Source: Fibrobacterales bacterium
Lineage (GTDB): Bacteria > Fibrobacterota > Fibrobacteria > Fibrobacterales > JAOPTW01
Assembly: GCA_051532035.1 (NCBI GenBank)
Contig: JAOPTW010000013.1
Location: 333,345-397,344, forward strand
Reading direction: 5' to 3'
Length of the DNA: 64,000 bases
Part shown: positions 18,518 through 29,962 of the stretch, piece by piece
Layout: each line of letters starts with the position of its first letter
How positions within the stretch are numbered: the stretch's first letter is position 1
Position numbers and translations under genes: made by a program
Notes under the pieces: generated by a model
Told to the model about the DNA's origin: nothing
The model's input: only the letters and a program-made list of their open reading frames with translations
Databases searched by the model: none

Positions 18518-20164
18518 CTAATATGCCAAACAAAGAATTGCATACTGCTGATACCACATGGCATTCGGGTCACACGAATATGGACCGAATTCAATCATAA
18601 GGTTGCCACTGCTCAGGTCAATAGCACCATACTCTTCATCTGTACTGATTGTTAGGCCATTGCAACTGCCGCCTTCAGTAGCATCAATCATATTTACGAA
18701 ATCATTACCTCCAACCAAAGCGTAAGGAGCATTGGTACCAAGTTTTGCCATCAAGTCTCCAGTAAAGGCATCAACTTGCCACTGAGTCGTTGGATCTTCC
18801 CAATCCTGATCAATTATTTTGGCAAATGAATTTCCAAGAAGTGTTCCATCTACAGCTTTAATAACAGACTCTGCGGAAAAACCGTAATTTACAGGCATTA
18901 GAGCAATGTTATCAGCAGCATCAATGGTAACCATTGCGTGAACAGTAGTTTGAGTTACTCCTGCAGGCTTATGAGCTGTACATAAATCATCAACACCTAT
19001 ACGGCCCCCAAGATCACCTCCAGTGAAGCCATCAGTCTCAGATTCAATAGCATACATAATCAGTTCCTGCGTTACAGTTACGGTACAGATCGCAGTAAAA
19101 CCGCCATCTTCAGATGTTGCTGTAATAACCGCCTCACCCATAGAAACTGCTGTTACAAGCCCATCGTCAGAAACTGTTGCTATGGCCTCATCACTGGTAC
19201 TCCAGATAACATTCTGGTACGTTGCATCAACCGGACCAACAGTTGCAGTGAGCTGTTCAGTCAGTCCAACATCAACAGTGGTGGTTGCCGTATTTAAGGT
19301 AACACCGGTAACACTCATTGTGGCTGGAGAGATATGGTAGGTAAAGATTGCAATAAAGCTACCGTCTTCGGTAGTAACAGTAATAACCGGCTGTCCCTCT
19401 GCTATTGCGGTCACCAAACCATTTTCTGAAACTGTTGCTATGGTCTCATCACTGGTAATCCAGATAACATTTTTATGTGTCGCATCTGCAGGTTCAACAG
19501 TTGTTAGAAGCTGTTTGGTATCTCCAACCTCAGCTGAAGAGGCAGAAAGGTTTAGGGTAACACTTGTAACTAACACCGGTGGAATGGGTACCGTTACAGT
19601 GCAGATTGCATAAAAGCCACCATCATTTGCAGTAACAGTAATACCCGCACTTCCTGAGGCTACTGCAGTTATTAATCCATCCGTAGAAATAGTTGCTATG
19701 GTTTCATCACCGCTGGTCCAGGCAACCCCCTGATGAGTCGCATCAAGTGGACCAATAGCAGCAACGAGCTGTTCAGTTAAACCTATTGATAATTCAGTTA
19801 TATTCTTATTTAGAGTTAGTCCGGTTACTGCAAGAATAACAGGCACCTCACTGGAGCTTGATACTGCACTGCTTATTGGGACCTGTGAGGATACAGTAGC
19901 TACTTCAGCGACACTACTGACAAGGAGTGCCTGAGACGACACAAGTACCGCATTAACAGCGCTACTCACCTCAACCTTTGAAACCGAGCTGACTACTGCT
20001 GCACTACTCATAGGAAGAATCGTCTGAGAGGATTCCACAGCCGCTACACTGTCTACAAGAGAGTCATCAGTTTCCTCAGCGGTATCAAACAAGCAGTGAG
20101 AAAAGATTAGAACCATGACGGTACCCATAAGGATTTTTGTGAGTATTTGTTTATTCAATTTCAT
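18518..20164 (-). CDS. Lipoprotein with Ser/Val-rich linker, three Big_2 Ig-like domains and a DUF1554-like C-terminal domain
   Basis: Lipobox-like FSHC. Three repeats of the form VTGLTLN...W.S.DETIATVS..GLVTA. GDLGGRIGVDDLC motif. Start at MKLNK, preceded by an AAGGAG RBS. Confidence 0.8.
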   Translation of the reverse strand: MKLNKQILTKILMGTVMVLIFSHCLFDTAEETDDSLVDSVAAVESSQTILPMSSAAVVSSVSKVEVSSAVNAVLVSSQALLVSSVAEVATVSSQVPISSAVSSSSEVPVILAVTGLTLNKNITELSIGLTEQLVAAIGPLDATHQGVAWTSGDETIATISTDGLITAVASGSAGITVTANDGGFYAICTVTVPIPPVLVTSVTLNLSASSAEVGDTKQLLTTVEPADATHKNVIWITSDETIATVSENGLVTAIAEGQPVITVTTEDGSFIAIFTYHISPATMSVTGVTLNTATTTVDVGLTEQLTATVGPVDATYQNVIWSTSDEAIATVSDDGLVTAVSMGEAVITATSEDGGFTAICTVTVTQELIMYAIESETDGFTGGDLGGRIGVDDLCTAHKPAGVTQTTVHAMVTIDAADNIALMPVNYGFSAESVIKAVDGTLLGNSFAKIIDQDWEDPTTQWQVDAFTGDLMAKLGTNAPYALVGGNDFVNMIDATEGGSCNGLTISTDEEYGAIDLSSGNLMIEFGPYSCDPNAMWYQQYAILCLAY

Positions 20165-20335
20165 TGGTATCTCCTTTAAGTATTTTTGATATGCTACCAA
20201 TATATTTTTGTCATATGGGTAATATGATTTGTCAAAAAGGAAATCAAGAAAAAGTCGAGTATACTTACTATTCAGCAAAAAACAGAACAACTCAGGCTCA
20301 GAAATATTTGTAAGAAACGCAATGTAATAGTTTGG

Positions 20336-21427
20336 TTATTGAGATTTATATTCGCTAGGATTACAGCCATATTTCTTCAGAAAACTCTTAGAAAACTGAC
20401 TGATACTGAGATACCCGAGCCGCTCACCCACTTCAGAAACATTAAGCGAGCCATCATCAAGTAATTTTTTAGCCTTCTCAAGACGGGCATTGAGATAATA
20501 TTGATATATAGAGACGCCAAACTGAGATTGGAACTCTTTTTGAAGAGTTACTCTATTGGTACTCATTTTTTTGGCGAGATCCTCAATATTGGGTTTTGAT
20601 GTTATATTCTCAATAATTAATCGCTTCGCCTCAAGTGCCCTATCCATATTGTGGGTATTCACCGTTTCTGATTGAGAACTGTTTATTCTAGTAAGGATCT
20701 TCTGAAGAAACCGAGCGAGAACAAGCTTGACCAACCCTTCAAGCTCCATCATTCCCGCAAGATTAAAACTGGAGTGATTAAAAATCATTCTGAGAAAAGC
20801 ATCAAGATTCGTATCACTCTCCTCAAGGATTAAAAACTCCTTTTGGCTTTGAATCAAATCCTTCAACCCATCCTCAGTATCAAAATTCAAAACTTTATTC
20901 ATTACCTCTCTATCGAGTACTATTGAAATTATATGATCGTCACTCCCCTTCTGCATATTTACCCTAAAATCTACATTGGGAGAAGTCCACAACCCACCAA
21001 TGAGAGTGCCCTTACCGAGTATTTTTTCTTCAGAGTCAATCAGAACTGTGTGAGTAGTATCTGGGTGAGGAAATACAAATTCAAAGAGGTTATTTTCAGC
21101 GGGGTTTTTCCGGTGAACTTGCATATTAAACATAACTTGTATCTTATGCCGTACAAAGGTAAACCCTTCCTGTAATTTAAAAGCCTGAAGTTCATGAATG
21201 TTGTCTACATAATCCATTTTAAGATATTGTTCATGAGAAACAACCCCTTTGGCCTTTCCTAATTTATTAAGAAACTGGTCTCCATGAAGTAATTCAAGGT
21301 TCAGTTTGATTACTGTATTTGGAAAAAGGACAGTGAACGTTTTAACACTTTTTAGGAGGAACTCTTCAACATAACTTGGAAGGTTTAAATAATCCCAAAC
21401 ATCATTGAGTACTTCTTTAATATCCAT
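20336..21427 (-). CDS. AraC family transcriptional regulator
   Basis: C-terminal double HTH: IEDLAKKMSTN...LEKAKKLL...VSEVGERLGYLSISQFSKSFLKKYG. Confidence 0.92.
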   Translation of the reverse strand: MDIKEVLNDVWDYLNLPSYVEEFLLKSVKTFTVLFPNTVIKLNLELLHGDQFLNKLGKAKGVVSHEQYLKMDYVDNIHELQAFKLQEGFTFVRHKIQVMFNMQVHRKNPAENNLFEFVFPHPDTTHTVLIDSEEKILGKGTLIGGLWTSPNVDFRVNMQKGSDDHIISIVLDREVMNKVLNFDTEDGLKDLIQSQKEFLILEESDTNLDAFLRMIFNHSSFNLAGMMELEGLVKLVLARFLQKILTRINSSQSETVNTHNMDRALEAKRLIIENITSKPNIEDLAKKMSTNRVTLQKEFQSQFGVSIYQYYLNARLEKAKKLLDDGSLNVSEVGERLGYLSISQFSKSFLKKYGCNPSEYKSQ

Positions 21428-21670
21428 TGAAACTTTTTAAGTAGGAGTGCATATATAAAATACTTTTTTTAACTGCAACGATCCAAAGAATGTGTGTGTG
21501 TAAGGAAATTTATAATCCGCATATAGTGCTCATTTTTTACGTATATGAATGAGCGTTATTCCAAAGGGCAAAAGTGATACATCTATTTCTTCTTAAAGTG
21601 CTTTGGGATAGAATAATATATCATAGGACATTATCACTCTCAAAACTATAGTTCATATTCATAATGGCTA

Positions 21671-24574
21671 TCAAGGAGGAGGACTAAACCCCTGGCGCAT
21701 TGTATTTTCACTCACGGCTCTTTCGCGGATAAACTGATAGAGATAGTGCGGGCCGCCTGCCTTAAGGCCTTTACCACTGAGATTGGTTCCGCCAAATGGC
21801 TGTCTGCCGACCCTCGCTCCAGTACAAGACCGGTTAATATACAGGTTTCCCACATCCCAATCCCTCTTAATTTTTTCAATATGAGAAGGAGTTCTAGAAA
21901 AGATACCACCCGTTAATCCATAACGAGAATCATTGACCGCATCTAATGCTTCATCAATTGTAGCCACTTTTTTCATAATCACCACAGGACCAAAAAGCTC
22001 CTGATGAAACAGTGTATGGGTATCATCTTCACAAGAGAGAAGTGTGGGCGGAACATAGAGCCCTTGAGATGGAACTGCACACTGATAGACTACTTCGACC
22101 GAGCTATCAATAGCCCCTAGAACCCCCATTAAACGGTCATACGCCTCTCGATCAATAACCGGAGGGATATCATTATTAAGTTCGGTAGCCGGACCTAACC
22201 GCAATGTAGCCATGGCGTCAACCATACGCCGTACAAAATCATCATACACGCTCTCTAGTACATACAACCGTGAGCACGCAGAACACTTCTGACCAGCAAA
22301 GGCGAATGCGCTGTAAATCACACCGGGAACCGCAACATCGAGGTCAGCGCTGTCATCAATAATGAGTGCATTTTTACCCCCCAGTTCACATACTGCATGT
22401 TTCAACGTGCGTGAACCTTCTGTAACCGTCCCGCAGGTTTTAAGAATTTCCATCCCCACTGCCTGAGAACCCGTAAATGAGATAGTCGCTACGTCGGGAT
22501 GTGCAACGAGTACTGGTCCCACCTCTTCCCCATTACCGGGAACAAACCGAAGGCTCTCCATACCCGCTTCTTTCATTAAAAGATAGAGTGCATGTGCACA
22601 GGCAGTTGACTGTTCCGCCGGCTTCCACACAATAGGGTTCCCCATTATCCATGGGCCAATAACCATACCACAGGGAATAGCCATCGGAAAATTCCAGGGT
22701 GTAATAACCCCCGTAACCCCTTGTGGATACAAAGTCATTTTATTCTGCTCTCCCGTTTGAGAGAAATCAAAAGGTTGCGTAAGAATTTTTGTCGCTTCAG
22801 CGGCATAATACGCACAAAAGTCAATTGCTTCGGCAATGTCAGCTTCGGCTTCGAGCAATGGTTTTGCCACCTCATGTGCTTGCAACGCCATGAGCTTAAA
22901 TCGGTCCCTCTGTAACAACGAAATCAGCGTCTCTACCTGTGTCACTCGATGTGCAAGGCCACTCAGTGAATCCATCAGAGGGATCTGTTTCATCTCGGTA
23001 ATTGATGATTCCATCTGTGCAATAGTTGCCGGAGTATATTGAGTTACTACTTCAGGTGGTCGCTGGGCACTCAGCACCTCTACCTCTGGCACGCCGTCAC
23101 TCCCCATGGTTTTAACTACATACGGTTGTTTTGTTTGAGAGACTGCTTTTATGAGAGCACTTCTTGTAGTCGAGTCTGAAAAGTCAATCTGAGGTTCATT
23201 GTTAAATCCAGTATCAGAAAACCCGTCATCTGAAAAGGCACCCGCCAGTGGCACCTCGGGCTTTTGTAATAACTGGTCCAGAGCGACACCCTGCGTAAAA
23301 CTCTGACTCATGAACCCTTGACTTGAACTGTTTTCTAAGAGTCGACGTACCAGATACGCCATCCCTTTAACCAAGTCACCAACAGGTGTATAGAGTCGAA
23401 CCTGCATTCCTCGAGAGGTAACGGCCTTGCTGAGTGAATCAGCCATACCATAAAGCATCTGAAATTCAAAATATTGTGAAGGAACATCGAGCTCCCGAGC
23501 AATGGTTATGGCATGAGCAATACTTCGAATATTATGGGATGCTATTGCAGGTCTTGTCCACTCCCAGCCACGAATCAATACTTCTGAAAGTGTTTCAAAA
23601 TTAAGGTCCGTCTCTTCTTTTGTGGTATAGACTGGTGGTACCCACCCACGAAGTTCTGATTCAGCCACTTCATAATCCCAGTAAGCACCCTTAACCAAAC
23701 GGATTGTAATGGGCACTCCTCGCCCTTGTGCAATCTTCTGAAAATGTTCCAGTGTCTGGGCACTATCTGTTCTATAGGCCTGAACCACAATCCCCACATG
23801 TTCATACTGTTTAAATATACCCGATGTAATCATCTTCTCAAAAAAATGATTGGTCGGTGCATGGTGGTCATTATCTTCCATATCAAAATTGAGAAAGGCA
23901 CCGGAATCGATAACACTCTGAAATAGTGGGTTGAGAAGTTCCTCGAGCTCATCAATAACCTGTTCCTCGTCGAGGGGATTAAAGTGGGGATATATAGAAC
24001 TCAGTTTTAGTGAGAGGTTTATCTGTGGAACCCGTGCACTCTCTTTATCTTGCACCTTACTCAGTGTGTTTAATATAGCGATGTATTTATTCAAGTACTG
24101 TGTACACTCGCCCTTACTGAGGGCAGCCTCCCCGAGTAGATCTACCGTTGTAGAAACACCGGACTTCCAAAGATTACGGATTGCTGTTACTGTTTGATCG
24201 CTGGTCTCCTCGGTAAAATCACCAAGAATAAATGTTTGTGCCATCCCTTTTATGTTTCTTCGAATGAGCGCACTAGCGAATGGAGCTGCCAATGACCCTG
24301 TACCTACAGCAAATGCAGTTCGAATACTTTTAGGAAGGTTTCGGTCTGGCTGTCCCAGGTATTCCTTCAAATGCTGACTCACCTGGTTGACCGTTTTAAA
24401 ACTGGGATAGGCATCAACAAATCTGAACATATCAACCCCAAACTCTGGGTCTTTAAGCGTCCACTCCATTATTTTGCCATACCAATATTTACTATTAATA
24501 ATTGTGGATGTGCTCGTTTGCAAATCTTTCCAAAGAGCTTTTCCAAGTTCGTGTATTTCGGTTTCTCTATCCAT
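21671..24574 (-). CDS. putA: Bifunctional proline dehydrogenase / L-glutamate-gamma-semialdehyde dehydrogenase
   Basis: PRODH motifs FDME, RLVKGAYWD, EFQMLYGM, YLVRRLLEN. ALDH motifs PWNFP, FTGS, ELGGKN, GQKCSAC, ELFGP. Confidence 0.95.
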   Translation of the reverse strand: MDRETEIHELGKALWKDLQTSTSTIINSKYWYGKIMEWTLKDPEFGVDMFRFVDAYPSFKTVNQVSQHLKEYLGQPDRNLPKSIRTAFAVGTGSLAAPFASALIRRNIKGMAQTFILGDFTEETSDQTVTAIRNLWKSGVSTTVDLLGEAALSKGECTQYLNKYIAILNTLSKVQDKESARVPQINLSLKLSSIYPHFNPLDEEQVIDELEELLNPLFQSVIDSGAFLNFDMEDNDHHAPTNHFFEKMITSGIFKQYEHVGIVVQAYRTDSAQTLEHFQKIAQGRGVPITIRLVKGAYWDYEVAESELRGWVPPVYTTKEETDLNFETLSEVLIRGWEWTRPAIASHNIRSIAHAITIARELDVPSQYFEFQMLYGMADSLSKAVTSRGMQVRLYTPVGDLVKGMAYLVRRLLENSSSQGFMSQSFTQGVALDQLLQKPEVPLAGAFSDDGFSDTGFNNEPQIDFSDSTTRSALIKAVSQTKQPYVVKTMGSDGVPEVEVLSAQRPPEVVTQYTPATIAQMESSITEMKQIPLMDSLSGLAHRVTQVETLISLLQRDRFKLMALQAHEVAKPLLEAEADIAEAIDFCAYYAAEATKILTQPFDFSQTGEQNKMTLYPQGVTGVITPWNFPMAIPCGMVIGPWIMGNPIVWKPAEQSTACAHALYLLMKEAGMESLRFVPGNGEEVGPVLVAHPDVATISFTGSQAVGMEILKTCGTVTEGSRTLKHAVCELGGKNALIIDDSADLDVAVPGVIYSAFAFAGQKCSACSRLYVLESVYDDFVRRMVDAMATLRLGPATELNNDIPPVIDREAYDRLMGVLGAIDSSVEVVYQCAVPSQGLYVPPTLLSCEDDTHTLFHQELFGPVVIMKKVATIDEALDAVNDSRYGLTGGIFSRTPSHIEKIKRDWDVGNLYINRSCTGARVGRQPFGGTNLSGKGLKAGGPHYLYQFIRERAVSENTMRQGFSPPP

Positions 24575-24631
24575 ATTCTGATTATACCCTATTTTGATAG
24601 GTTTTGGTATAATTGCCCCTTCTATTGGAAA

Positions 24632-25648
24632 TCAGCTATGTTCCGATTGAATTTTCAAAATTTCATCGAGAATACTTTCGAACGCTGCAAATACTTTTGG
24701 ATCAAAATGTGTTCCAATGGTTTCCCTCATTACATCGAGAGCACGCGCAATTGGCCAGGCCTCTTTATAGGGTCGTTTACTGGTTAATGCATCAAACACA
24801 TCTGCTACAGCCACAATCCTGGCATAAATATGAATGTTCTTATTCTTCAGTCCTTTAGGGTAACCGCTCCCATCCCATTTTTCATGGTGTTGCACTGCAA
24901 TTATTGTCGCGACATTAATAAGCTCTGAGTGGTGTGTTCCAAGAATATTTGCCCCAACCTGAGCATGGGTCTGTATAATTTTCCACTCCTCAGGATCAAG
25001 TTTTCCCGGCTTTTGTAGAATCTTATCAGGGATGCCAATTTTTCCCAAATCATGCATTGGAGATGCCTGAAGAATCAGTTCACACTCTTTTTCAGGTAAT
25101 CCATATGCTTGGGCAATTAAATAGCTATATCGGCTCATCCGAATTACATGCTGACCGGTATCATCATCTTTAAATTCCGCCGCCTTACCAAGTTTCCGAA
25201 TAATATCAAGCCGAGTCTCTTCAATCTCCAGTGTTCTTAACTTCACTATTTCTTCCAAATCATCTCTGTGTTTTTTTAATTCAAGCTGACTTTTGACGCG
25301 GAGCACAACCAAATATGGATTTATGGGCTTGCTAATATAATCAACCGCCCCCAACTCGAGGCCAATTTCTTCATCTATTTCATCATTTTTAGCTGTCACA
25401 AAAATTATTGGAATATCTTTGGTTGATACATCATTTTTCAATTCTCTGCACACCTGATACCCATCAATTTCCGGCATCATTATGTCAAGAAGTATAATAT
25501 CAGGGGGACTGCTCAAAGCGAGGCTCAAAGCTTTTTTCCCATTTGTAGCACTGATAACAGCGTAAGTATCACTCAATATTTCAAGCAATATCTGAATATT
25601 TTCTGGGACGTCATCTACTATTAAAACTGTCTGTTTATTGCGATCCAC
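24632..25648 (-). CDS. Response regulator with HD-GYP c-di-GMP phosphodiesterase domain (RpfG family)
   Basis: REC motifs VDD, LDIMMP, KP. HD-GYP motifs HDLGKIG and HHEKWDGSGYP. Confidence 0.93.
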   Translation of the reverse strand: MDRNKQTVLIVDDVPENIQILLEILSDTYAVISATNGKKALSLALSSPPDIILLDIMMPEIDGYQVCRELKNDVSTKDIPIIFVTAKNDEIDEEIGLELGAVDYISKPINPYLVVLRVKSQLELKKHRDDLEEIVKLRTLEIEETRLDIIRKLGKAAEFKDDDTGQHVIRMSRYSYLIAQAYGLPEKECELILQASPMHDLGKIGIPDKILQKPGKLDPEEWKIIQTHAQVGANILGTHHSELINVATIIAVQHHEKWDGSGYPKGLKNKNIHIYARIVAVADVFDALTSKRPYKEAWPIARALDVMRETIGTHFDPKVFAAFESILDEILKIQSEHS

Positions 25649-25666
25649 ACTTCTCTCCTTTCACAA

Positions 25667-28600
25667 TTAAGGATTCTCAAGAGTTAGGTTATATTTTTTA
25701 GCAAAGAGCACTATCTCTTTTGCCACAGAATCAGTATCAAACAGTTCTACATAGTGTGCTATTTTTTGATACTGATACTCTGTGGGCTTCAGTTTTTTTA
25801 CCAACTCTTTATTGAGAGTAACAACCTTCCCCATATCTATATCTAGACTATGATAAAGGCTATTCAGCATCGACGCAAGTTCAACAGTACTCATCGAAAC
25901 CTTCTCTGCGATCATTTCAGTATTAACTTCTGGAATAGCATTTGCTATCCCATTCATTGTCTCTTCAAGTTTATTTTTAAACATATTGAGAAGAGGTTCA
26001 AAATCACTCTCCGGATCACTTTCAACCAAATCATATATTTTTTCGCCCATTTCATGTAATGCATCTGCCCCAATGTTTCCTGAAACGCCCATGAGGGAAT
26101 GACTGATAAACAAAGCATGCTTAAAATCTCTACGATTAATACAGTCTGCTATTTCATTATGTGACGTTTTATATTTTTCGACAAATGCTAACAGAAGTTT
26201 TTTATACAGCTTAACATTACCCCTAACCCTTCTCAATGCATCATGCATATTAATACCGGGTATATCAGGAATCTCTTGTTCTATTTCCAGGGGAACGAGA
26301 TCTGTTTCTCCAGTTAAATCAGACGAAACATGCCTGGATATTACCTTGAAAACTTCGGATGGGTTAATCGGCTTTGAGATATATCCATTCATCCCATTAC
26401 TTATTACTGACGCCTCCACTCCACTCATCGCATCAGCGGTCATTGCGATAATTGGCAGTTCTTCCTTAGTATATTTCCTCCTGATTATCCGAGTGGCTTC
26501 CACTCCCCCCATTTCCGGCATCTGGAGATCCATAAGAACTACATCGTATGCCCCTTCAGCCAGGAGTACCATTTCATGGGCAACTCTACCGTTACCGGCG
26601 ACCTCAACATGTGCCCCTTCACCCTGCAGCAGTTCGCAAGCAATTTGCTGATTCATTTCATTATCTTCAACTAACAGTATTTTACAGTTCTGTATCCCTC
26701 TAAAATCCTGTTCAGAGTATCCCTCACTATTTTTCTTCTGGATAGGCTTTCTCCTCGCTCCAAAAATGCTGCAAATGGAGTCGACCAATAATGAAAGGAA
26801 AACCGGCTTAAGTATAAATCCATCAATATTGAGATCTGCAATAGTATCTATAAATTCATCAGCACCATATCCCGTTGCCATCAAAAATTTCGGGCCATTA
26901 ATTATCCGGGTATTTTTCTGAATACTTTTAATGGTATCAACTCCATTACCATCCGGCATTATCCAATCCATAATAACCAGATCAAACGGCTGATCAGAAT
27001 TTGAGATTTGGCGTTCTATCTCTTTAAGAGCTTGATTTCCAGAGTCTGCTTCAACTATATTTTTAGTAAAACTAGATAAATACCCTCTGATAACTTCTCT
27101 GGCTGTCGCATTGTCGTCTACTATGAGCACGCGTAAATCGTTCAACACACTGGGGAGCACATCACGTTTATCCGTTCCATCATCAATACATTCAAAAGGG
27201 AGCGTAAAATAGAAAGTACTGCCTTTGCCAAAGACACTTTCAACCCCTATAGTTCCATCCATAAGTTCACACAATTGCTTGCTAATCGTGAGCCCAAGGC
27301 CCGTACCACCATAATGTCGAGTTGTAGAGGTGTCGGCTTGGGTAAATGCACTGAACAATTTTTCCAGTTGTACTTCTTTTAAGCCAATACCGGTATCTTG
27401 AACATGAAACTCGATCTCGACCTGTGAACGGTTACTTTTTACTCTTTCCATTTGAACATATACTTCACCCTGATCGGTAAATTTTATAGCATTATTTACG
27501 AGGTTCAAGAGCACCTGTCCCAACCGAAGAGGGTCCCCTATAAGGGTATCCGGGATATCTTTCGAAATATCGAAAATAAGCTCAACCCCTTTTTCCTGAG
27601 CTTTTAAACTTGTTGCATCACCAAGTGTGGCCATTACCTCCGAAAGTTTAAATTCCACTTTTTCAATAGTAAGTTTACCTGCCTCTATTTTACTGAAGTC
27701 AAGGATATCATTTAATATTACTAAAAGGTTTTTTGATGCTGCCTGTATTTTCTTAGTATAGTCCTCTTGCTTTTCATTCTGTTCTGTTTTTTGCATCAGG
27801 TAGCTCATTCCAATTATGGCATTCATTGGAGTACGTATCTCATGACTCATATTTGCCAGAAAATCACTTTTCGCCTGAGTAGCTTGCTCTGCCCTGTTTT
27901 TTGCATCAAGGAGTTCAGCTTCCATAATTTTTCTCTCAGTGATGTCCTCTTTAACGGCAATAAAATTGGTCACCTTTCCACTTTCATTTTTCACTGGTGA
28001 TATCGTTGCTGACTCCCAAAAAAACTCACCATCTTTTCTTTTATTTTCAAATTCACCGGCCCATACCTCCCCTGAAAAAATAGTATCCCACAGCTGCTTA
28101 TAAAACGCATTTGTATGTGTTCCTGATTGAAGTATTCGAGGATTCTGACCAAGTATTTCATCCATTTCATACCCGGTAATATTCAGAAAAGACTGATTTG
28201 CATATTCAATTTCACCTCTTCTGTTTGTAATAATTACAGAGACGTGGCTCTGCTCAATAGCCAGAGATAATTTGTGTACTTCAACTGTAGATTTCTGTAG
28301 TTCTGCAAGAGCAGTCTGTGTTTTCTTCTTTTGAATATTAGTATCCTGCAAAATACTCATTGCAGCCTTTTGTGACTTATCGAGTTCTCTATTAGACTGC
28401 TCAATCGCATTTTGCCGAGTCCGCAAAATATTCTCAACCGTTTTTTCATGGGTAATGTCATGAATGGTATATACGTCCAGCTTTTGATTAATTACCGTCA
28501 AATGAGTCATTGTCAATTTAACAGAGAATGTTTCACCCTTTTTTTTTCTACTTACACATTCAAAAGCCCTTGTTTTAACTTCTTCACCTCCAGGATGGGT

Positions 28601-29962
28601 ATCCGATATTTCCATTTCTCTCTCTCTACTATAAAGCGGTATATCAAATAGAGTATTGAAATCGAGACCACTCAATTCATTTTGCCTGTATTGATACAAA
28701 AGTGAACTGGCACTATTGGCAATTTGTACGTAGCCCTCAGCATTACATACGATAATTGGGTCAACAATATTCAGTATTGATTCAAGGTAATGCTCCTGTT
28801 CCAGAATACGTTTGTTAAATCGAATGTTATATAACTGAGTCCAAATATAGAGTAATACTGACAAAAGTATAATCGCGCCTACCAGCAGTATGATTACAAG
28901 CCGTGCTTTTGTATAAGCTTTCAATGCTTCAACTTCATCGATCTCTGTAATAAAGCCAACACCGAGATTTTCATCCCACATCCATGCCCCAAACACATAC
29001 GCCCCTCGATAATCGCGGTAACTCTGTATGCTCCACCCTGATTTTTCAAGAGTTATTTCCAGAGCTGCACGAGTCAATGGATGCAACTCAATTTTAATTT
29101 CGCCCGTTTCATTTTTCTGTATGTTAATTCCAGGTTCGCTAATCCGTATGTTGAGCAGGCTATTCTGATTTTTATTCAATAATCCCTTACGGTATAGCTC
29201 ATCATCAAACCTACTCTCGGTAAGAAGTAACCCTTTTTTATTAATGATATACGTTTCGCCGGTCTGACCAATACGACTGTTAGTGGTAATATCGCTGAAC
29301 TCATGAAAGGGATTAAATCGAATACAGAGAGCGGCAACTACCTTTGAACCATCTTTAATAGGTACTGCTAAAAACATTGTAGGGTAATCCTTTTCCATTT
29401 CGCCTTTCTCATTCATCAGTAGTACTTCTGAAGGCATAGGAGGGATCAATTGATTTTCACCTAAAAACACTTTATTTAATCTATCGGAGTAGATCCTCGA
29501 AATCACATTTATCATACCCATGTTATTATCACGCATTGACGCAATATTTATCATACCTGATGAAACAATAAATATCCCCTGTGCACCGTACACATCAATT
29601 TTAGCTTCAAAATAATGACGTATATTTCCAAGAGCTTTTTGTTTTGCATATAAGCCTCCCCCATTACCTGAATCCAATAGTATTTTAGTATTGGATGTAA
29701 TCTCCAGGTCTTTAGCCCATGCTTCAGCATTAGCAAAACGAATATCTGCCCAGGTTTTATTGATATTCTGATTTGTCGCCCACAATACTCCCTTGAGTGA
29801 TTCAGCAGTGTTTTCTCGAACATCTTTCTCAATGTAGCCCAACCCTATGAAAGCAGCAATAAAGGAACTCATTATAAAAAAAAGTAATATGAAGATATTA
29901 TTTCTATTATGTAAGTTTGAACTGCTTATTTCAAGCGTCCCTTTACGGCCAGTAACTGTCAT
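25667..29962 (-). CDS. Hybrid sensor histidine kinase (2TM Cache-like, PAS x2, HisKA, HATPase, REC x2, Hpt)
   Basis: MSHEIRTPMN, NLVNNAIKFT, DTGIG, GGTGLGL. Two receivers. Hpt SHSLMGVSGNIGA. Confidence 0.93.
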   Translation of the reverse strand: MTVTGRKGTLEISSSNLHNRNNIFILLFFIMSSFIAAFIGLGYIEKDVRENTAESLKGVLWATNQNINKTWADIRFANAEAWAKDLEITSNTKILLDSGNGGGLYAKQKALGNIRHYFEAKIDVYGAQGIFIVSSGMINIASMRDNNMGMINVISRIYSDRLNKVFLGENQLIPPMPSEVLLMNEKGEMEKDYPTMFLAVPIKDGSKVVAALCIRFNPFHEFSDITTNSRIGQTGETYIINKKGLLLTESRFDDELYRKGLLNKNQNSLLNIRISEPGINIQKNETGEIKIELHPLTRAALEITLEKSGWSIQSYRDYRGAYVFGAWMWDENLGVGFITEIDEVEALKAYTKARLVIILLVGAIILLSVLLYIWTQLYNIRFNKRILEQEHYLESILNIVDPIIVCNAEGYVQIANSASSLLYQYRQNELSGLDFNTLFDIPLYSREREMEISDTHPGGEEVKTRAFECVSRKKKGETFSVKLTMTHLTVINQKLDVYTIHDITHEKTVENILRTRQNAIEQSNRELDKSQKAAMSILQDTNIQKKKTQTALAELQKSTVEVHKLSLAIEQSHVSVIITNRRGEIEYANQSFLNITGYEMDEILGQNPRILQSGTHTNAFYKQLWDTIFSGEVWAGEFENKRKDGEFFWESATISPVKNESGKVTNFIAVKEDITERKIMEAELLDAKNRAEQATQAKSDFLANMSHEIRTPMNAIIGMSYLMQKTEQNEKQEDYTKKIQAASKNLLVILNDILDFSKIEAGKLTIEKVEFKLSEVMATLGDATSLKAQEKGVELIFDISKDIPDTLIGDPLRLGQVLLNLVNNAIKFTDQGEVYVQMERVKSNRSQVEIEFHVQDTGIGLKEVQLEKLFSAFTQADTSTTRHYGGTGLGLTISKQLCELMDGTIGVESVFGKGSTFYFTLPFECIDDGTDKRDVLPSVLNDLRVLIVDDNATAREVIRGYLSSFTKNIVEADSGNQALKEIERQISNSDQPFDLVIMDWIMPDGNGVDTIKSIQKNTRIINGPKFLMATGYGADEFIDTIADLNIDGFILKPVFLSLLVDSICSIFGARRKPIQKKNSEGYSEQDFRGIQNCKILLVEDNEMNQQIACELLQGEGAHVEVAGNGRVAHEMVLLAEGAYDVVLMDLQMPEMGGVEATRIIRRKYTKEELPIIAMTADAMSGVEASVISNGMNGYISKPINPSEVFKVISRHVSSDLTGETDLVPLEIEQEIPDIPGINMHDALRRVRGNVKLYKKLLLAFVEKYKTSHNEIADCINRRDFKHALFISHSLMGVSGNIGADALHEMGEKIYDLVESDPESDFEPLLNMFKNKLEETMNGIANAIPEVNTEMIAEKVSMSTVELASMLNSLYHSLDIDMGKVVTLNKELVKKLKPTEYQYQKIAHYVELFDTDSVAKEIVLFAKKYNLTLENP

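Noticed and set aside
21516..21524. TCCGCATAT upstream of araC matching the TIGR02147 repeats
   Set aside because: A single 9-mer lacking the TG; expected by chance in 64 kb.
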